Assembly: GCF_963921235.1 (NCBI RefSeq)
Contig: NC_086097.1
Coordinates: forward strand, 205,470,001 to 205,534,000
From: Mobula hypostoma
Lineage: Eukaryota
Reading direction: 5' to 3'
Length of the DNA stretch: 64,000 nt
Shown here: positions 25,755 to 37,520 of the stretch, piece by piece
How positions within the stretch are numbered: the first letter of the stretch is position 1
Layout of the letters: every line of letters starts with the position of its first letter
Made by a program: the position numbers and the translations under genes
The notes under the pieces: generated by a model
The model's database searches: none
What the model was told of the DNA's origin: nothing
What the model saw: only the letters and a program-made list of their open reading frames with translations

Positions 25755-28586
25755 ATGCGAGAAGTGAGGAAGGTGCAAGACAGATATATTCCTTTATGTG
25801 TCAATGCAAGGAGCATTCGTAATAAGGTGGATGAATTGAAAGTGCAGATTGTTATTAATGATTATGATATAGTTGGGATCACAGAGACATGGCTCCAGGG
25901 TGACCAGGGATGGGAGCTCAACGTTCAGGGATATTCAATATTCAGGAGGGATAGACATGAAGGAAGGGGAGGTGGGGTGGCGTTGCTGGTTAAAAAAGAG
26001 ATTAACGCAATAGAAAGGAAGGACATAAGCCGGGAAGATGTGGAATCGATATGGGTAGAGCTGCGTAACACTAAGGGGCAGAAGACGCTGCTGGGAGTTG
26101 TGTACAGGCCACCTAACAGTAGTAGTGAGGTCGGAGATGGTATTAAACAGGAAATTAGAAATGTGTGCAATAAAGGAACAGCAGTTATAATGGGTGACTT
26201 CAATCTACATGTAGACTGGGTGAACCAAATTGGTAAAGGTGCTGAGGAAGAGGATTTCTTGGAATGTATGCGGGATGGTTTTTTGAACCAACATGTCGAG
26301 GAACCGACTAGAGAGCAGGCTATTCTGGACTGGGTTTTGAGCAATGAGGAAGGGTTAATTAGCGATCTTGTCGTGAGAGGCCCCTTGGGTAAGAGTGACC
26401 ATAATATGGTGGAATTCTTCATTAACATGGAGAGTGACGTAGTTAATTCAGAAACAAAGGTTCTGAACTTAAAGAGGGGTAACTTTGAAGGTATGAGACG
26501 TGAATTAGCTAAGATAGACTGGCAAATGACACTTCAAGGATTGACGGTGGATATGCAATGGCAGGCATTTAAAGGTTGCATGGATGAACTACAACAATTG
26601 TTCATCCCAGTTTGGCAAAAGAATAAATCAAGGAAGGTAGTGCACCCGTGGCTGACAAGAGAAATTAGGGATAGTATCAATTCCAAAGAAGTAGCATACA
26701 AATTAGCCAGAGAAAGTGGCTCACCTGAGGACTGGGAGAAATTCAGAGTTCAGCAGAGGAGGACAAAGGGCTTAATTAGGAAGGGGAAAAAAGGTTATGA
26801 GAGAAAACTGGCAGAGAACATAAAAACGGACTGTAAAAGCTTTTATAGATATGTAAAAAGGAAAAGACTGATAAAGACAAATGTAGGTCCCCTGCAAACA
26901 GAAACAGGTGAATTGATTATGGGGAGCAAGGACATGGCAGACCAATTGAATAATTACTTTGGTTCTGTCTTCACTAAGGAGGACATAATTAATCTTCCAG
27001 AAATAGTAAGGGACAGAGGGTCCAGTGAGATGGAGGAACTGAGCGAAATACATGTTAGTAGGGAAGTGGTGTTAGGTAAATTGAAGGGATTGAAGGCAGA
27101 TAAATCCCCAGGGCCAGATGGTCTGCATCCCAGAGTGCTTAAGGAAGTGGCCCAAGAAATAGTGGATGCATTAGTGATAATTTTTCAAAACTCGTTAGAT
27201 TCTGGACTAGTTCCTGAGGATTGGAGGGTGGCTAATGTAACCCCACTTTTTAAAAAAGGAGGGAGAGAGAAACCGGGGAATTATAGGCCGGTTAGCCTAA
27301 CGTCGGTGGTGGGGAAACTGCTGGAGTCAGTTATCAAGGATGTGATAACAGCACATTTGGAAAGCGGTGAAATGATCGGACAAAGTCAGCATGGATTTGT
27401 GAAAGGAAAATCATGTCTGACGAATCTCATAGAATTTTTTGAGGATGTAACTAGTAGAGTGGATAGGGGAGAACCAGTGGATGTGGTATATTTGGATTTT
27501 CAAAAGGCTTTTGACAAGGTCCCACACAGGAGATTAGTGTACAAACTTAAAGCACATGGTATTGGGGGTAAGGTATTGGTGTGGGTGGAGAATTGGTTAG
27601 CAGACAGGAAGCAAAGAGTGGGAATAAACGGGACCTTTTCAGAATGGCAGGCGGTGACTAGTGGGGTACCGCAAGGCTCAGTGCTGGGACCCCAGTTGTT
27701 TACAATATATATTAATGACTTGGATGAGGGAATTAAATGCAGCATCTCCAAGTTTGCGGATGACACGAAGCTGGGTGGCAGTGTTAGCAGTGAGGAGGAT
27801 GCTAAGAGGATGCAGGGTGACTTGGATAGGTTGGGTGAGTGGGCAAACTCATGGCAGATGCAATTTAATGTGGATAAATGTGAAGTTATCCACTTTGGTG
27901 GCAAAAATAGGAAAACAGATTATTATCTGAATGGTGGCCGATTAGGAAAAGGGGAGGTGCAACGAGACCTGGGTGTCATTATACACCAGTCATTGAAAGT
28001 GGGCATGCAGGTACAGCAGGCGGTGAAAAAGGCGAACGGTATGCTGGCATTTATAGCGAGAGGATTCGAGTACAGGAGCAGGGAGGTACTACTGCAGTTG
28101 TACAAGGCCTTGGTGAGACCACACCTGGAGTATTGTGTGCAGTTTTGGTCCCCTAATCTGAGGAAAGACATCCTTGCCATAGAGGGAGTACAAAGAAGGT
28201 TCACCAGATTGATTCCTGGGATGGCAGGTCTTTCATATGAAGAAAGACTGGATGAACTGGGCTTGTACTCGTTGGAATTTAGAAGATTGAGGGGGGATCT
28301 GATTGAAACGTATAAGATCCTAAAGGGATTGGACAGGCTAGATGCGGGAAGATTGTTCCCGATGTTGGGGAGGTCTAGAACGAGGGGTCACAGTTTGAGG
28401 ATAGAGGGGAAGCCTTTTAGGACCGAGGTTAGGAAAAACTTCTTCACACAGAGAGTGGTGAATCTGTGGAATTCTCTGCCACAGCAAACTGTTGAGGCCA
28501 GTTCATTAGCTATGTTTAAAAGGAAGTTAGATATGGCCCTTGTGGCTACAGGGGTCACGGGGTATGGAGGGAAGGCTGGGTTCTGA
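25755..28586 (+). CDS. CR1 ORF2 endonuclease/reverse transcriptase (943 aa from the first ATG, which lies in the host element)
   Basis: NARS, GITETW, GDFN and SDH (EN); QHGF, YLDFQKAFDKV, GVPQGSVLGP and FADD (RT) all present. Confidence 0.85.
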   Translation: MREVRKVQDRYIPLCVNARSIRNKVDELKVQIVINDYDIVGITETWLQGDQGWELNVQGYSIFRRDRHEGRGGGVALLVKKEINAIERKDISREDVESIWVELRNTKGQKTLLGVVYRPPNSSSEVGDGIKQEIRNVCNKGTAVIMGDFNLHVDWVNQIGKGAEEEDFLECMRDGFLNQHVEEPTREQAILDWVLSNEEGLISDLVVRGPLGKSDHNMVEFFINMESDVVNSETKVLNLKRGNFEGMRRELAKIDWQMTLQGLTVDMQWQAFKGCMDELQQLFIPVWQKNKSRKVVHPWLTREIRDSINSKEVAYKLARESGSPEDWEKFRVQQRRTKGLIRKGKKGYERKLAENIKTDCKSFYRYVKRKRLIKTNVGPLQTETGELIMGSKDMADQLNNYFGSVFTKEDIINLPEIVRDRGSSEMEELSEIHVSREVVLGKLKGLKADKSPGPDGLHPRVLKEVAQEIVDALVIIFQNSLDSGLVPEDWRVANVTPLFKKGGREKPGNYRPVSLTSVVGKLLESVIKDVITAHLESGEMIGQSQHGFVKGKSCLTNLIEFFEDVTSRVDRGEPVDVVYLDFQKAFDKVPHRRLVYKLKAHGIGGKVLVWVENWLADRKQRVGINGTFSEWQAVTSGVPQGSVLGPQLFTIYINDLDEGIKCSISKFADDTKLGGSVSSEEDAKRMQGDLDRLGEWANSWQMQFNVDKCEVIHFGGKNRKTDYYLNGGRLGKGEVQRDLGVIIHQSLKVGMQVQQAVKKANGMLAFIARGFEYRSREVLLQLYKALVRPHLEYCVQFWSPNLRKDILAIEGVQRRFTRLIPGMAGLSYEERLDELGLYSLEFRRLRGDLIETYKILKGLDRLDAGRLFPMLGRSRTRGHSLRIEGKPFRTEVRKNFFTQRVVNLWNSLPQQTVEASSLAMFKRKLDMALVATGVTGYGGKAGF

Positions 28587-28681
28587 GTTGGATGATCAGC
28601 CATGATCATAATAAATGGCGGTGCAGGCTCGAAGGGCCGAATGGCCTACTCCTGCACCTATTTTCTATGTTTCTATGTTTC
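25793..28681 (+). mobile_element. Young CR1 LINE, ORF1-less, with intact ORF2
   Basis: 6-bp TSD TATTCC at 25787-25792 and 28682-28687; (TTTCTATG)n tail; ORF2 has no stops or frameshifts. Confidence 0.95.
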
Positions 28682-31600
28682 TATTCCAAAAAAGAAGAAA
28701 CTTTCGAATGGAAAAAGGATGCAACCGTGGTTGACAAGAGAAGTCAACGCCAAAGTTAAAGCAAAGGAGAGGGCATACAAGGAAGCAAAAATTAGTGAGA
28801 AGATGGAGGATTGGGAGGTTTTTAAAAGCTTACAAAAGAAAACTAAGAAGGTCATTAAAAGGGAAAAGATGAATTATGAAAAGAAGCTGGCAAATAATAT
28901 CAAGGAGGACACTAAATGCTTTTTCAAGTATATAAAGAGTAAAAGACAGATGAGAGTAGATATAGGACTGATGGAAAATGATGCTGGAGAAATTGTAATG
29001 GGAGATAAGGAGATGGCGGAGGAACTGAATGAGTATTCTGCATCAGTCTTCACCGAGGAAGACATCAGCTGTATACCGGACACTCAAGGATGTTAGGGAA
29101 CAGAAGTGTACGCAGTCACAATTATGACAGAGAAAATACTCGGGAAGCTGAATAGTCTAAGGGTAGATAGATCTCCCAGACCAGATGGAATGCACCCTCG
29201 TGTTCTGAAGGAAGTAGCTGTTGAGATTGCGGAGGGATTAGCAATGATCTTTCAAAAGTCAATAGATCCTGGCATGGTTCCAGAGGACTGGAAGATTGCA
29301 AATGTCACTCCGCTATTTAAGAAGAGGGCAAGGAAGCAAAAAGGAAATTATAGACCTGTTAGTTCGACATCGGTGGTTGGGAAGTTGTTGGAGTCGATTG
29401 TCAAGGATGAGGTTACAGAGTACCTGGAGGCATATGACAAGATAGGCAGAACTCAGCATGGTTTCCTTAAAGGAAAACCGTGCCTGACAAACCGATTGCA
29501 AATTTTTGAGGAAATTACAAGTAGGCTAGACTAGGGAGATGTTTGGATATTTGGACTTTCAGAAGGCCTTTGACAAGGTGCCACACATGAGGCTGCTAAG
29601 CAAGATAAGAGCCCATGGAATTAAGGGAAAGTTACCTACGTGGATAGAGTGTTGGCTGATTGGCAGGAAACAGAGAGAGGGAATAAAAGGATCCTATTCT
29701 GGTTGGCTGGTTACCAGTGGTGTTCCACAGGGGTCCATGTTGGGGCCAGTTCTTTTTACATTGTATATCGATGATTTGAATTATAGAATAGACGGCTTTG
29801 TGGCTAAGTTTGGTGATGATACAAAGATAGGCAGAGGGGCTGGTAGTGCTGAGGAAACAGAGGGTCTGCAGAGAGACTTGGATAGATTGGGAGAATGGGC
29901 AAAGAAGTGGCAAATGAAATACAATGTTGGAAAGTGTATGGTCATGCACTTTAGTAGAAGAAATAAATGGGCAGATTATTACTTAAGTGGGGAGAGAATT
30001 CAAGATTCTGAGATGCAATGGGACTTGGGAATCCTCGTGCAGGATACCCTTAAGGTTAACCTCCAGGTTGAGTCGGTGGTGAAGAAGGCGAATGCAATGT
30101 TGGCAATCATTTCTAGAGGAATAGAGTATAGGAGCAGAGATGTGATGTTGAGGCTCTATTAGGCACTGGTAAGACCTCACCTGGAGTACTGTGTGTAGTT
30201 TTGGTCTCCTTATTTAAGGAAGGATGTGCTGACATTGGAAAGGGTTCAGAGAAGATCCACTAGAATGATTCCGGGAATGAGAGGGTTAATATATGAGGAA
30301 CATTTGTCCGCTCTTGGACTGTACTCCTTGGAGTTTAGAAAAATGACGGGGCAAATCTGGACAACTTTGGATCATTACAGCCGAACAGAATATATAATAT
30401 GCAGTCCACTGGATGATGAAATGTTTGAAAACTACAGCAATGAGAAAAACTTGATGTAGCAAATTTTATAAAGATTTGAAGGGTTTTGATAATCAATATG
30501 GAAAAACTATTTTCTCCAAATGAGAAGCAGTAAGGGACCATCAATTTCCATTTGCCACTCAGAGAATGATGAGAAGAGTAGAGTTAAATCTCTTTTTACA
30601 GTGAACTGTTGAAGCATGAAATTCTTTGCCACAGGGAGATGCTGAGGCACAGACTGTTATATTTTTTATGGGAAAACTCAATAACTGTCTGTCCAAAAGA
30701 TGCAAAGTTATGAGGAGACAACGGAACTGTAAAACTGCCTTTGAATTGTACTAACATAGAGATAGCCCAAATATTATGACCTGAAATGCATCCTTTTATA
30801 CTACAAGTAGCTATGCTTCTATTTATCAGACCCAAATAAGATTCTGGTAAATAATAATATCAATTTATTTCAGATAGTGGTGTCTCTGAATATCAGGAGT
30901 AGATGGCTTGTTTTATTTCTCTTTGGAGAAGAGCTTATACAGAAATTCAGTTCGTTAACACATATACTATGGATCATACTTCATTTGAAGCCTGGATATT
31001 TGTTGACCAAAGTAACCTATTTAATTACATGATTAGTTCTACGTGGAGTTAAATATCGAATATATTTGAGCTGGAGACATCTGAAAGGTGTATTTGGAAC
31101 TACTCTGCCTGACACAGGGTTCAAAATTGGTATTTTGCCAAATACAGCTGTAGAGTTGGGAAATGATGTATAAAAATAATTGGAAAGTATCCACTGCTTT
31201 TAGAGTATGTGTAAAGAGGTTATACAACTTCTTCAAACAGAGATATAGGCAGTGGTCAGTTTCATCACTTGCTCGCTCTTCTTGCTGGCATATCCTTTCT
31301 CTTCATTTGATCTGTCAAATCTCTGCCATCTCCCCTTTACTCTTAGCAAAAGCTACCAACTGAAATGATGCCTTTCTAAAGCTCTGCGAACCATGGTCCA
31401 TATTCAGTTAGTTCCTGTAATTCACTCGAAAACATTTCAATGTCATAATTTTCCTCTGCCACCAGGTGTGCATTACCTGCACATATCCAAATCCACAGCA
31501 GTTGTTGTCAGTAATTATGCAAATATACAGATTTTAACAAATTTACAGTTATTAGCAAATTACTGAGGTGTCAAAATATGCACCTTTCAGAACTAAATTA

Positions 31601-31809
31601 TTTGAAAATCTATGAATACTGTGAATAGTTTTCAGTTAACTGCATTATGCAAATTCTATTTAAATGCACTGAAAATGCTTATCACTGTGGCCACATTCAC
31701 AGATAAAATAGATTTGCAGGAGGATGGGAACCAGAGTGTCAGAATAGTTAGTGGAGTTGTTATGGGGAAAGACATTGTTAAGCCTACATACAAAGTCAGG
31801 AATTAAAAG

Positions 31810-34520
31810 CTCCAGCAGGGTGGGAATAATGTTCTGAGCTGCATATAGTTCAATGCAAGGAGAACTGTAGGAAAGGCAGGTGAGTGTAGGGCATGGATCA
31901 GCATGTGGAATTATGACATTGTGGCCATTACTAGTAGTAGGCCTCCATATAGGTTCGCGTATCTAGACAGCTAGGAAGCAATATGCACGGTTGACCCTGA
32001 CCTATGGAGGCCTTAAAGTTGTTGCAGCTAAGATGGCAATGGGTATAAGCTCCAACTGACTATTATATGCTCCCAATGGTGTATGCCTCAAATAGCCTCT
32101 GACAACCAAGTCCAGCTCCTGGCCCCAGCTACTAAACCCAATGGAACTATTTCTACTGACAGGAGAAGGGGCAAAGGAAAGTTAATGGCGCCTTAAAACC
32201 AGTCACTTTGACTGGTTTTAAAGTGTTAGTGCAAGGATTTCAAATCTCTGCTGCCTTGCAGCTGTACCCAGTCATGGGGAAAGCTTCAGGAGTAAACCCC
32301 AAGGGATAAATCCAGAGCTGGATTCCCTAAGGCAGTCCTCCGTTGAGTTCAACACTGACTGGCAACTCCTGCGATGCCACTTGTGCCAAACTGTATCAGT
32401 CTCTGCTGTTCCTTTGGGTTCATCAGAAGCTTAGAGAGGAGGTGTCTGTTACACGGGCAACAGCTTGCTCTCCATGTCATTACTGCCCAACCTTGCATAT
32501 TTTGACAAAAAGGATGCAACATCCGAGATCGACCCTGACCTACATAGCCATTAGTGAGACTTGGTTGCAGGAAGGGCAGGATTGGCAGCTCAGTGTTCCG
32601 GGATTCAGTTAGGTTAGACGTGATAGAGCAGGAGGGATTCCAGGGGGAGGGGTGGTATTACTAGTCAGGGAAAAAATCATGACAGTGCTCAGTCAGGACA
32701 GACTAGAGACCATATCTAGTGAGGCTTTATTGGTAGAACTGAGAAATAAGAAAGGTATGACCACATTAATGGGATTATATTATCGACCACCCAACAGCGC
32801 GCAGGATTTAGAGGAGCAAATTTGTAGAGAAATCACAGACTGTTGCAAGAAACACAAGGTTGTGATAGAAGGTGCTTTTAACTTTCCACATATTGACTGG
32901 GATTTCCATACTCTAATAGGGCTGGAAGGGAAATAGTTTGTCAAATGTGTTCAGGAAAGTTTCCTTAATCAGTACATAGAAGTCTCAACTAGAGAGAGTG
33001 CAATACTAAATCTTCTATTAGGGAAAGTGACAGGGCAGGTAACAGAAGTTTGTGTAGGGAAACACTTTGCATCTAGTGATCATAATCCCATTAATTTCAA
33101 GTTAATTATGGCAGAGGATAGGTCTTTTCCTCAGGTTGAGATTCTAAATTAGAGAAAGGCTAATTTTGATGGTATCAGAAAGGATGTGGCAGGAGGATTG
33201 CAAGGGACATAATTGGTCCTCTGGAAGATCAGAGTGGTACTCTATGTGTGAAGCTGAAAGAGATGGGGGAGATCTCAATGGATTTTTTGCACCTGTATTT
33301 GCTTGGGAGATGGACTCAGAGTCTATAAATGCGAGGCAATGCAGCAGCGAGGTTATGAACCCCTATACAGATGACAGAGGAGGTGTTTACTGTCGAGGCA
33401 AATTAGGATGGATAAATCCTCAGAGTCTGACAAGGTGTTCCCTCAGACCCTGTGGGAGGCCGGTGCAGAATTGCAAGAGCTCAAGAAGAGATATTTAAAA
33501 CATCTTTAACCACAAGTGAGGTGCCAGAGGATTGGAGGATAGCTAATGCTGTTCCATTGTTTAAGAAGGGCTCGAAGGATAAACCAGGAAATTATTGGCT
33601 GGTTAACCTGGCATCAATAGTGGGAAGGTTATTGGAAGATATTCCAAGGGAACAGAAATATAATTATTTGGATAGACATGGACTGATTAAGGATAGTCAG
33701 CATGGTTTTGTGTGTGGTGAGTCGTGGCTATCTAAACTTATGGAGTTTTTTGAGGAAGTTAGCAGGAAAGTTGATAAGGGCAAGGCAGTGGATTTGTCTG
33801 AATGGATTTGAGCACGCCCTTTGGGAATGTCCCACATGGGAGGTAGGAGAAGAAAGTTCAGTCTGGGATTACAGATCACAGATAAATATGGTAATAAAGA
33901 AAGCTTTTGGCACATTGGCCTTCATAAATCAATGTATTGAGTACAGGAGTTTGGATGTTATATTGAAATTGTATAAGACATTGGTGAGGCATAATTTGGA
34001 GTATTGTGTGCAGTGTGTTGGTCACCTATCTACAGGAACAATATCAATAAGATTGAAAGAGTGCAGACAAAATTTTCAAGGCTGTTGCCTGGTCTTGACG
34101 ACCTGAGTTATAGGGAAAGATAAAATAGGTGATGACTTTATTCCCTAGAACGTAGAAGGAGCAGAAATTTGATAAAGATATGCAACATTATGAGAGGTAT
34201 ACAGTGGATAGGGTAAATTAATTTGGGTGAGAGCACAATTGGAGGTCGTGGGTTAAGGGACAAAAGTTAAATGTTTAAGGGGAACATGAGGGAGAACTTC
34301 TTCACCCAAAGGGTGGTGAGAATGTGAAAAGAACTGCCAGCGCATTGGAGTCAATTTCAATATTTAAGAGAAATTTGGCTATGTACATGGATAGGAGGGG
34401 TAGGAAGAGCTATGGTCCAGATTCAGGTAAATGGGACTAGGTAGATTAATGATTCAGCGTGGACTAGATTGGGCAAGAGGCCTATTTCTCTGCTGTAGTG
34501 TTTTATGACTTTATGGCTTT
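31810..34520 (+). mobile_element. Degraded, internally deleted CR1 ORF2 and 3' end
   Basis: AISETWL, LYYRPPNS, VPEDWRIAN, QHGF and LEYCVQ motifs across broken ORFs. Confidence 0.9.
31931..32544 (-). mobile_element. Non-coding retroposon (possibly RTE-mobilised) inserted in the CR1 endonuclease region
   Basis: TSD TGGCCATTA/TAGCCATTA at 31922-31930 and 32545-32553; (TAC)n-like tail; family assignment is tentative. Confidence 0.6.
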
Positions 34521-34683
34521 AAATGTTCAATCTAACTTATATTTTATTAAATAAGAACCTTTCAGAGTATAGATTAATGGCAGAAAAATGACAAATGGCT
34601 GTATATTCATAATAGATTTCAGTGATTGAGGTAATGTACTGCAGCTATTTTTATTAGGTGAGTGCATTCATTTAAGTGCATAG

Positions 34684-36429
34684 TGTGGCGACCCACTTTC
34701 TGGCACACAAGAACCGGCTCACAACAGCGCGTGCAGGCAGAGGGCCGGCCCCAAAAAGGGCGCCAGGCCATCTTCACCAGCAGGGGGAAAATCCCGCGCG
34801 CAGAAAGGGTCTGGGAATATGCATTCCCCACAGCAATCCCGCCCAGGGAGGGCGGGAACGGGAAGGCTTTAAAGCAGGCCGCGAAGTTTGAATAAATCTC
34901 TTTCATCGCAACTCTAACTCACTGACTCCGTGTGGTTATTCTAGCGCTGTGTGTAGCACACCGCTACAATTGGTGACCCCGACGGCCCAGACGATATTTG
35001 GACCAGAGATGACCGACGCTGCATCTGTTCATGCAGTTTCGTTAAAACTGCCAAGCTTCTGGACGCTGCAACCCCAATTATGGTTCGAACAAGCAGAAGC
35101 ACAATTCCACATTCGGCAGATAACCTCAGAGTACACTCGCTTCTACTACGTGCTGAGCTCACTCGACCAGGAGACTGCTGCACAAGTTGAGGAGTTTATA
35201 CAGTCGCCCCCGGAGGACGGCAAATACACAGCGTTCAAAGCCCTGCTCATAAGGACTTTCAGACTCTCACAGCGCGAATGAGCACGCCGCTTAATGCACC
35301 TGGATGGTTTGGGAGACAGGCCGCCGTCAGCATTAATGAACGAGATGCTGGCCCTGGCTGAAGGACACAAACCCTGCCTCATGTTTGAGCAGGCATTCCT
35401 AGAGCAACTGCCCGAGGACATATGCCTGCTGCTGTCCGACGCAGATTTCAGCAACCCCCGGGAGGTGGCGGCCCGAGCAGATGTGCTGTGGAATGCCAGG
35501 AAAGAGAGAGGGGCATCCGTCGCACAGATCACCAAGCCGCGTGCCCAACGACAGACCAGACCAGGCCCGGCAGCAGAGCCTACAAAACCCGGCGACGGGA
35601 GTGAGGAGCCCAACGAACAATGGTGTTTCTACCACCAGCGGTGGGGCACAGAGGCCCGCCGCTGCAGACCACCCTGCAAATTCCCGGGAAATGCCGGGGC
35701 CAGCCGCCGCTGATGGCTACGGCGGCTGGCCATCAGGACAGTCTCCTGTACGTCTGGGACAAGCAGTCCTGGACAGACTACGGGAGAGGCTCGGTAACCT
35801 GGCCCCCATACCCACTTCACAGCACAGACAGAGCCCGACCTGCATACCCAAAGACCAGCAGAACTGTAAGTTTCTTCTTGTATGACGGGGCGGACACCGG
35901 GCACCGCTACAGCTGCCCTATGAGGGACCGTTTAAGGTGATCAGGAACAACAGGTCCATGTTCGTGCTGGACATTGGGGGGAGTGAGGAGGTATTCATGG
36001 TGGACCGACTCAAACCGGCCCATGTGGACTTGGCGCAACCGGTCCAGGCTCAGGCACCGCGGTGCAGGGGCAGACCTCCCAAACAGAGGCCGATCCAGAC
36101 TGTGGACATTGGGGGAGGTATCGCCGGTTCTGGGGGCGGGGTTATGTGGTGATCCACTTTCTGGCACACACGAACCGGCTCACAACAGCGCACGCAGGCA
36201 GAGGTCCGGCCCCAAAAAGGGCGCCAGGCCATTTTCACCAGCAGGGGGAAAATCCCACGTGCAGAAAGGGTCTGGGAATATGCATTCCCCACAGCAATCC
36301 TGCCCAGGGAGGGCGGGAACGGGAAGACTTTAAAGCAGGCCACAAAGTTTGAATAAATCTCTTTCATCGCAACTCTAACTCACCGACTCCGTGTGGTTAT
36401 TCTAGCGCTGTGTGTAGCACACCGCTACA
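34684..36429 (+). mobile_element. Gypsy-type LTR retrotransposon with most of pol deleted
   Basis: Two 285-bp LTRs TG..CA (34684-34968, 36145-36429); 4-bp TSD ATAG; PBS TGGTGACCCCGACG at 34971; G-rich PPT before 36145; PYEGPFKV..DRLKP integrase C-terminus. Confidence 0.95.
35009..35713 (+). pseudogene. gag: Gag of the LTR element, one in-frame stop (TGA 35279)
   Basis: KLPSFW..QPQLWFEQAEAQF N-terminus; WCFYHQRWG..ARRCRPPC Cys/His motif; ORFs 34949..35281 and 35294..35713 share one frame. Confidence 0.85.
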
Positions 36430-37211
36430 ATAGCACTGTATTATTCTGTATATAAAGAAACACTTGATCTAGTCTCAATTTCTAAAGCTGAAATGTCACT
36501 TAAAAGCCAGAATCTCTGTGTTTCAGAGGAAAGTAATGTTCTAAAATTATTTTGTCCACAATATTCATTTTTGGTCTGGTCGATATGACTAAGTATTTCA
36601 TAAAGTAGCATTAGCATATTTACTCTACCTTCAAAATTCTCTCCATTGATTTTTAGTTATTTTCATTTCTTACAGTATATAATATCCATAATTGTTTTAT
36701 AAATTAAGGGAAACTATGAAGAAAAGTAGTCATAAGTGTGTCCAGAAATACTTAACATTCATTTGTAGTTTTATGAAAAAATTGCACAGTAAAGTTATTT
36801 TACACATTTTAAGTTTTGCTTCAGATAATTTCCATGCTGATTTGCATGCACTGGGAAATTGACTAGGGTTCTTTCAGGTGAGTTTCACCTTAGCACCGTT
36901 AATATTTGCCCAATATTAATTGCAGAGCTAATTATGTTAAAGGTTGTGCAGCACATATTTCTTCCACTGCTAGTACAAATTCTAGTGGAAAATGTATCAC
37001 ATTTTTAATTCACTAAGAAAGAGGAGCACATCTTGTAGTTTGGGAGAACGATGGCAATAAAAGGATCTTCACTGTTGCATTGATATGTTATACACTGTAT
37101 CTCCCTGTCTCAACTTTCATTTACCAGTACTTGGTAGGGAAATCACCAGTGCTCCCTTTCGTGACTTCTGTTTATAACGTACATGTAGCAATGCTGACCC
37201 CCTTTGTCAGA

Positions 37212-37379
37212 TCACAGGTGCTCAGATCCATGCAAATCACAGAATTCCATAGGAAGATTCATCCCATAGTAAGGGTGGGGATCTCCATTTCCCTCATCTC
37301 CTGTGTTTTTCTTCACCTCCATATCAGCCTTTTCGAGAGCCGTACCATGCCTGTTGTAGAGAGAGTTTTCCAATCTGAC
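37212..37379 (-). CDS. Possible terminal coding exon of an unidentified host gene
   Basis: Non-repeat, locally GC-richer; cag|GTC acceptor with a weak pyrimidine tract; VRLENSLYNRHG...EFCDLHGSEHL-stop. Confidence 0.25.
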   Translation of the reverse strand, partial: VRLENSLYNRHGTALEKADMEVKKNTGDEGNGDPHPYYGMNLPMEFCDLHGSEHL

Positions 37380-37520
37380 CTGACATCCAGTGGAAGTTAA
37401 ATGATAAATGATAAAGTTAAATGATAAAGATTGCATCTAAAGATTATGCTTCAGCACAAGAATTGGTGATTAAAGCACTGCTGAAGCTGAATTTCATACT
37501 TGTATTTGTTTCACAATTTT

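Larger units (their letters stand above)
22320..30345 (+). mobile_element. Older CR1 LINE (ORF1 remnant plus ORF2) hosting two nested CR1 insertions
   Basis: ORF1/EN remnant at 22320-23911; ORF2 continues at 25719-25792 and 28688-30345 (YLDFQKAFDKV, GVPQGS). Joining the left and right parts is inferred from peptide continuity (DWKGTL / GRTTEQQ). Confidence 0.7.
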
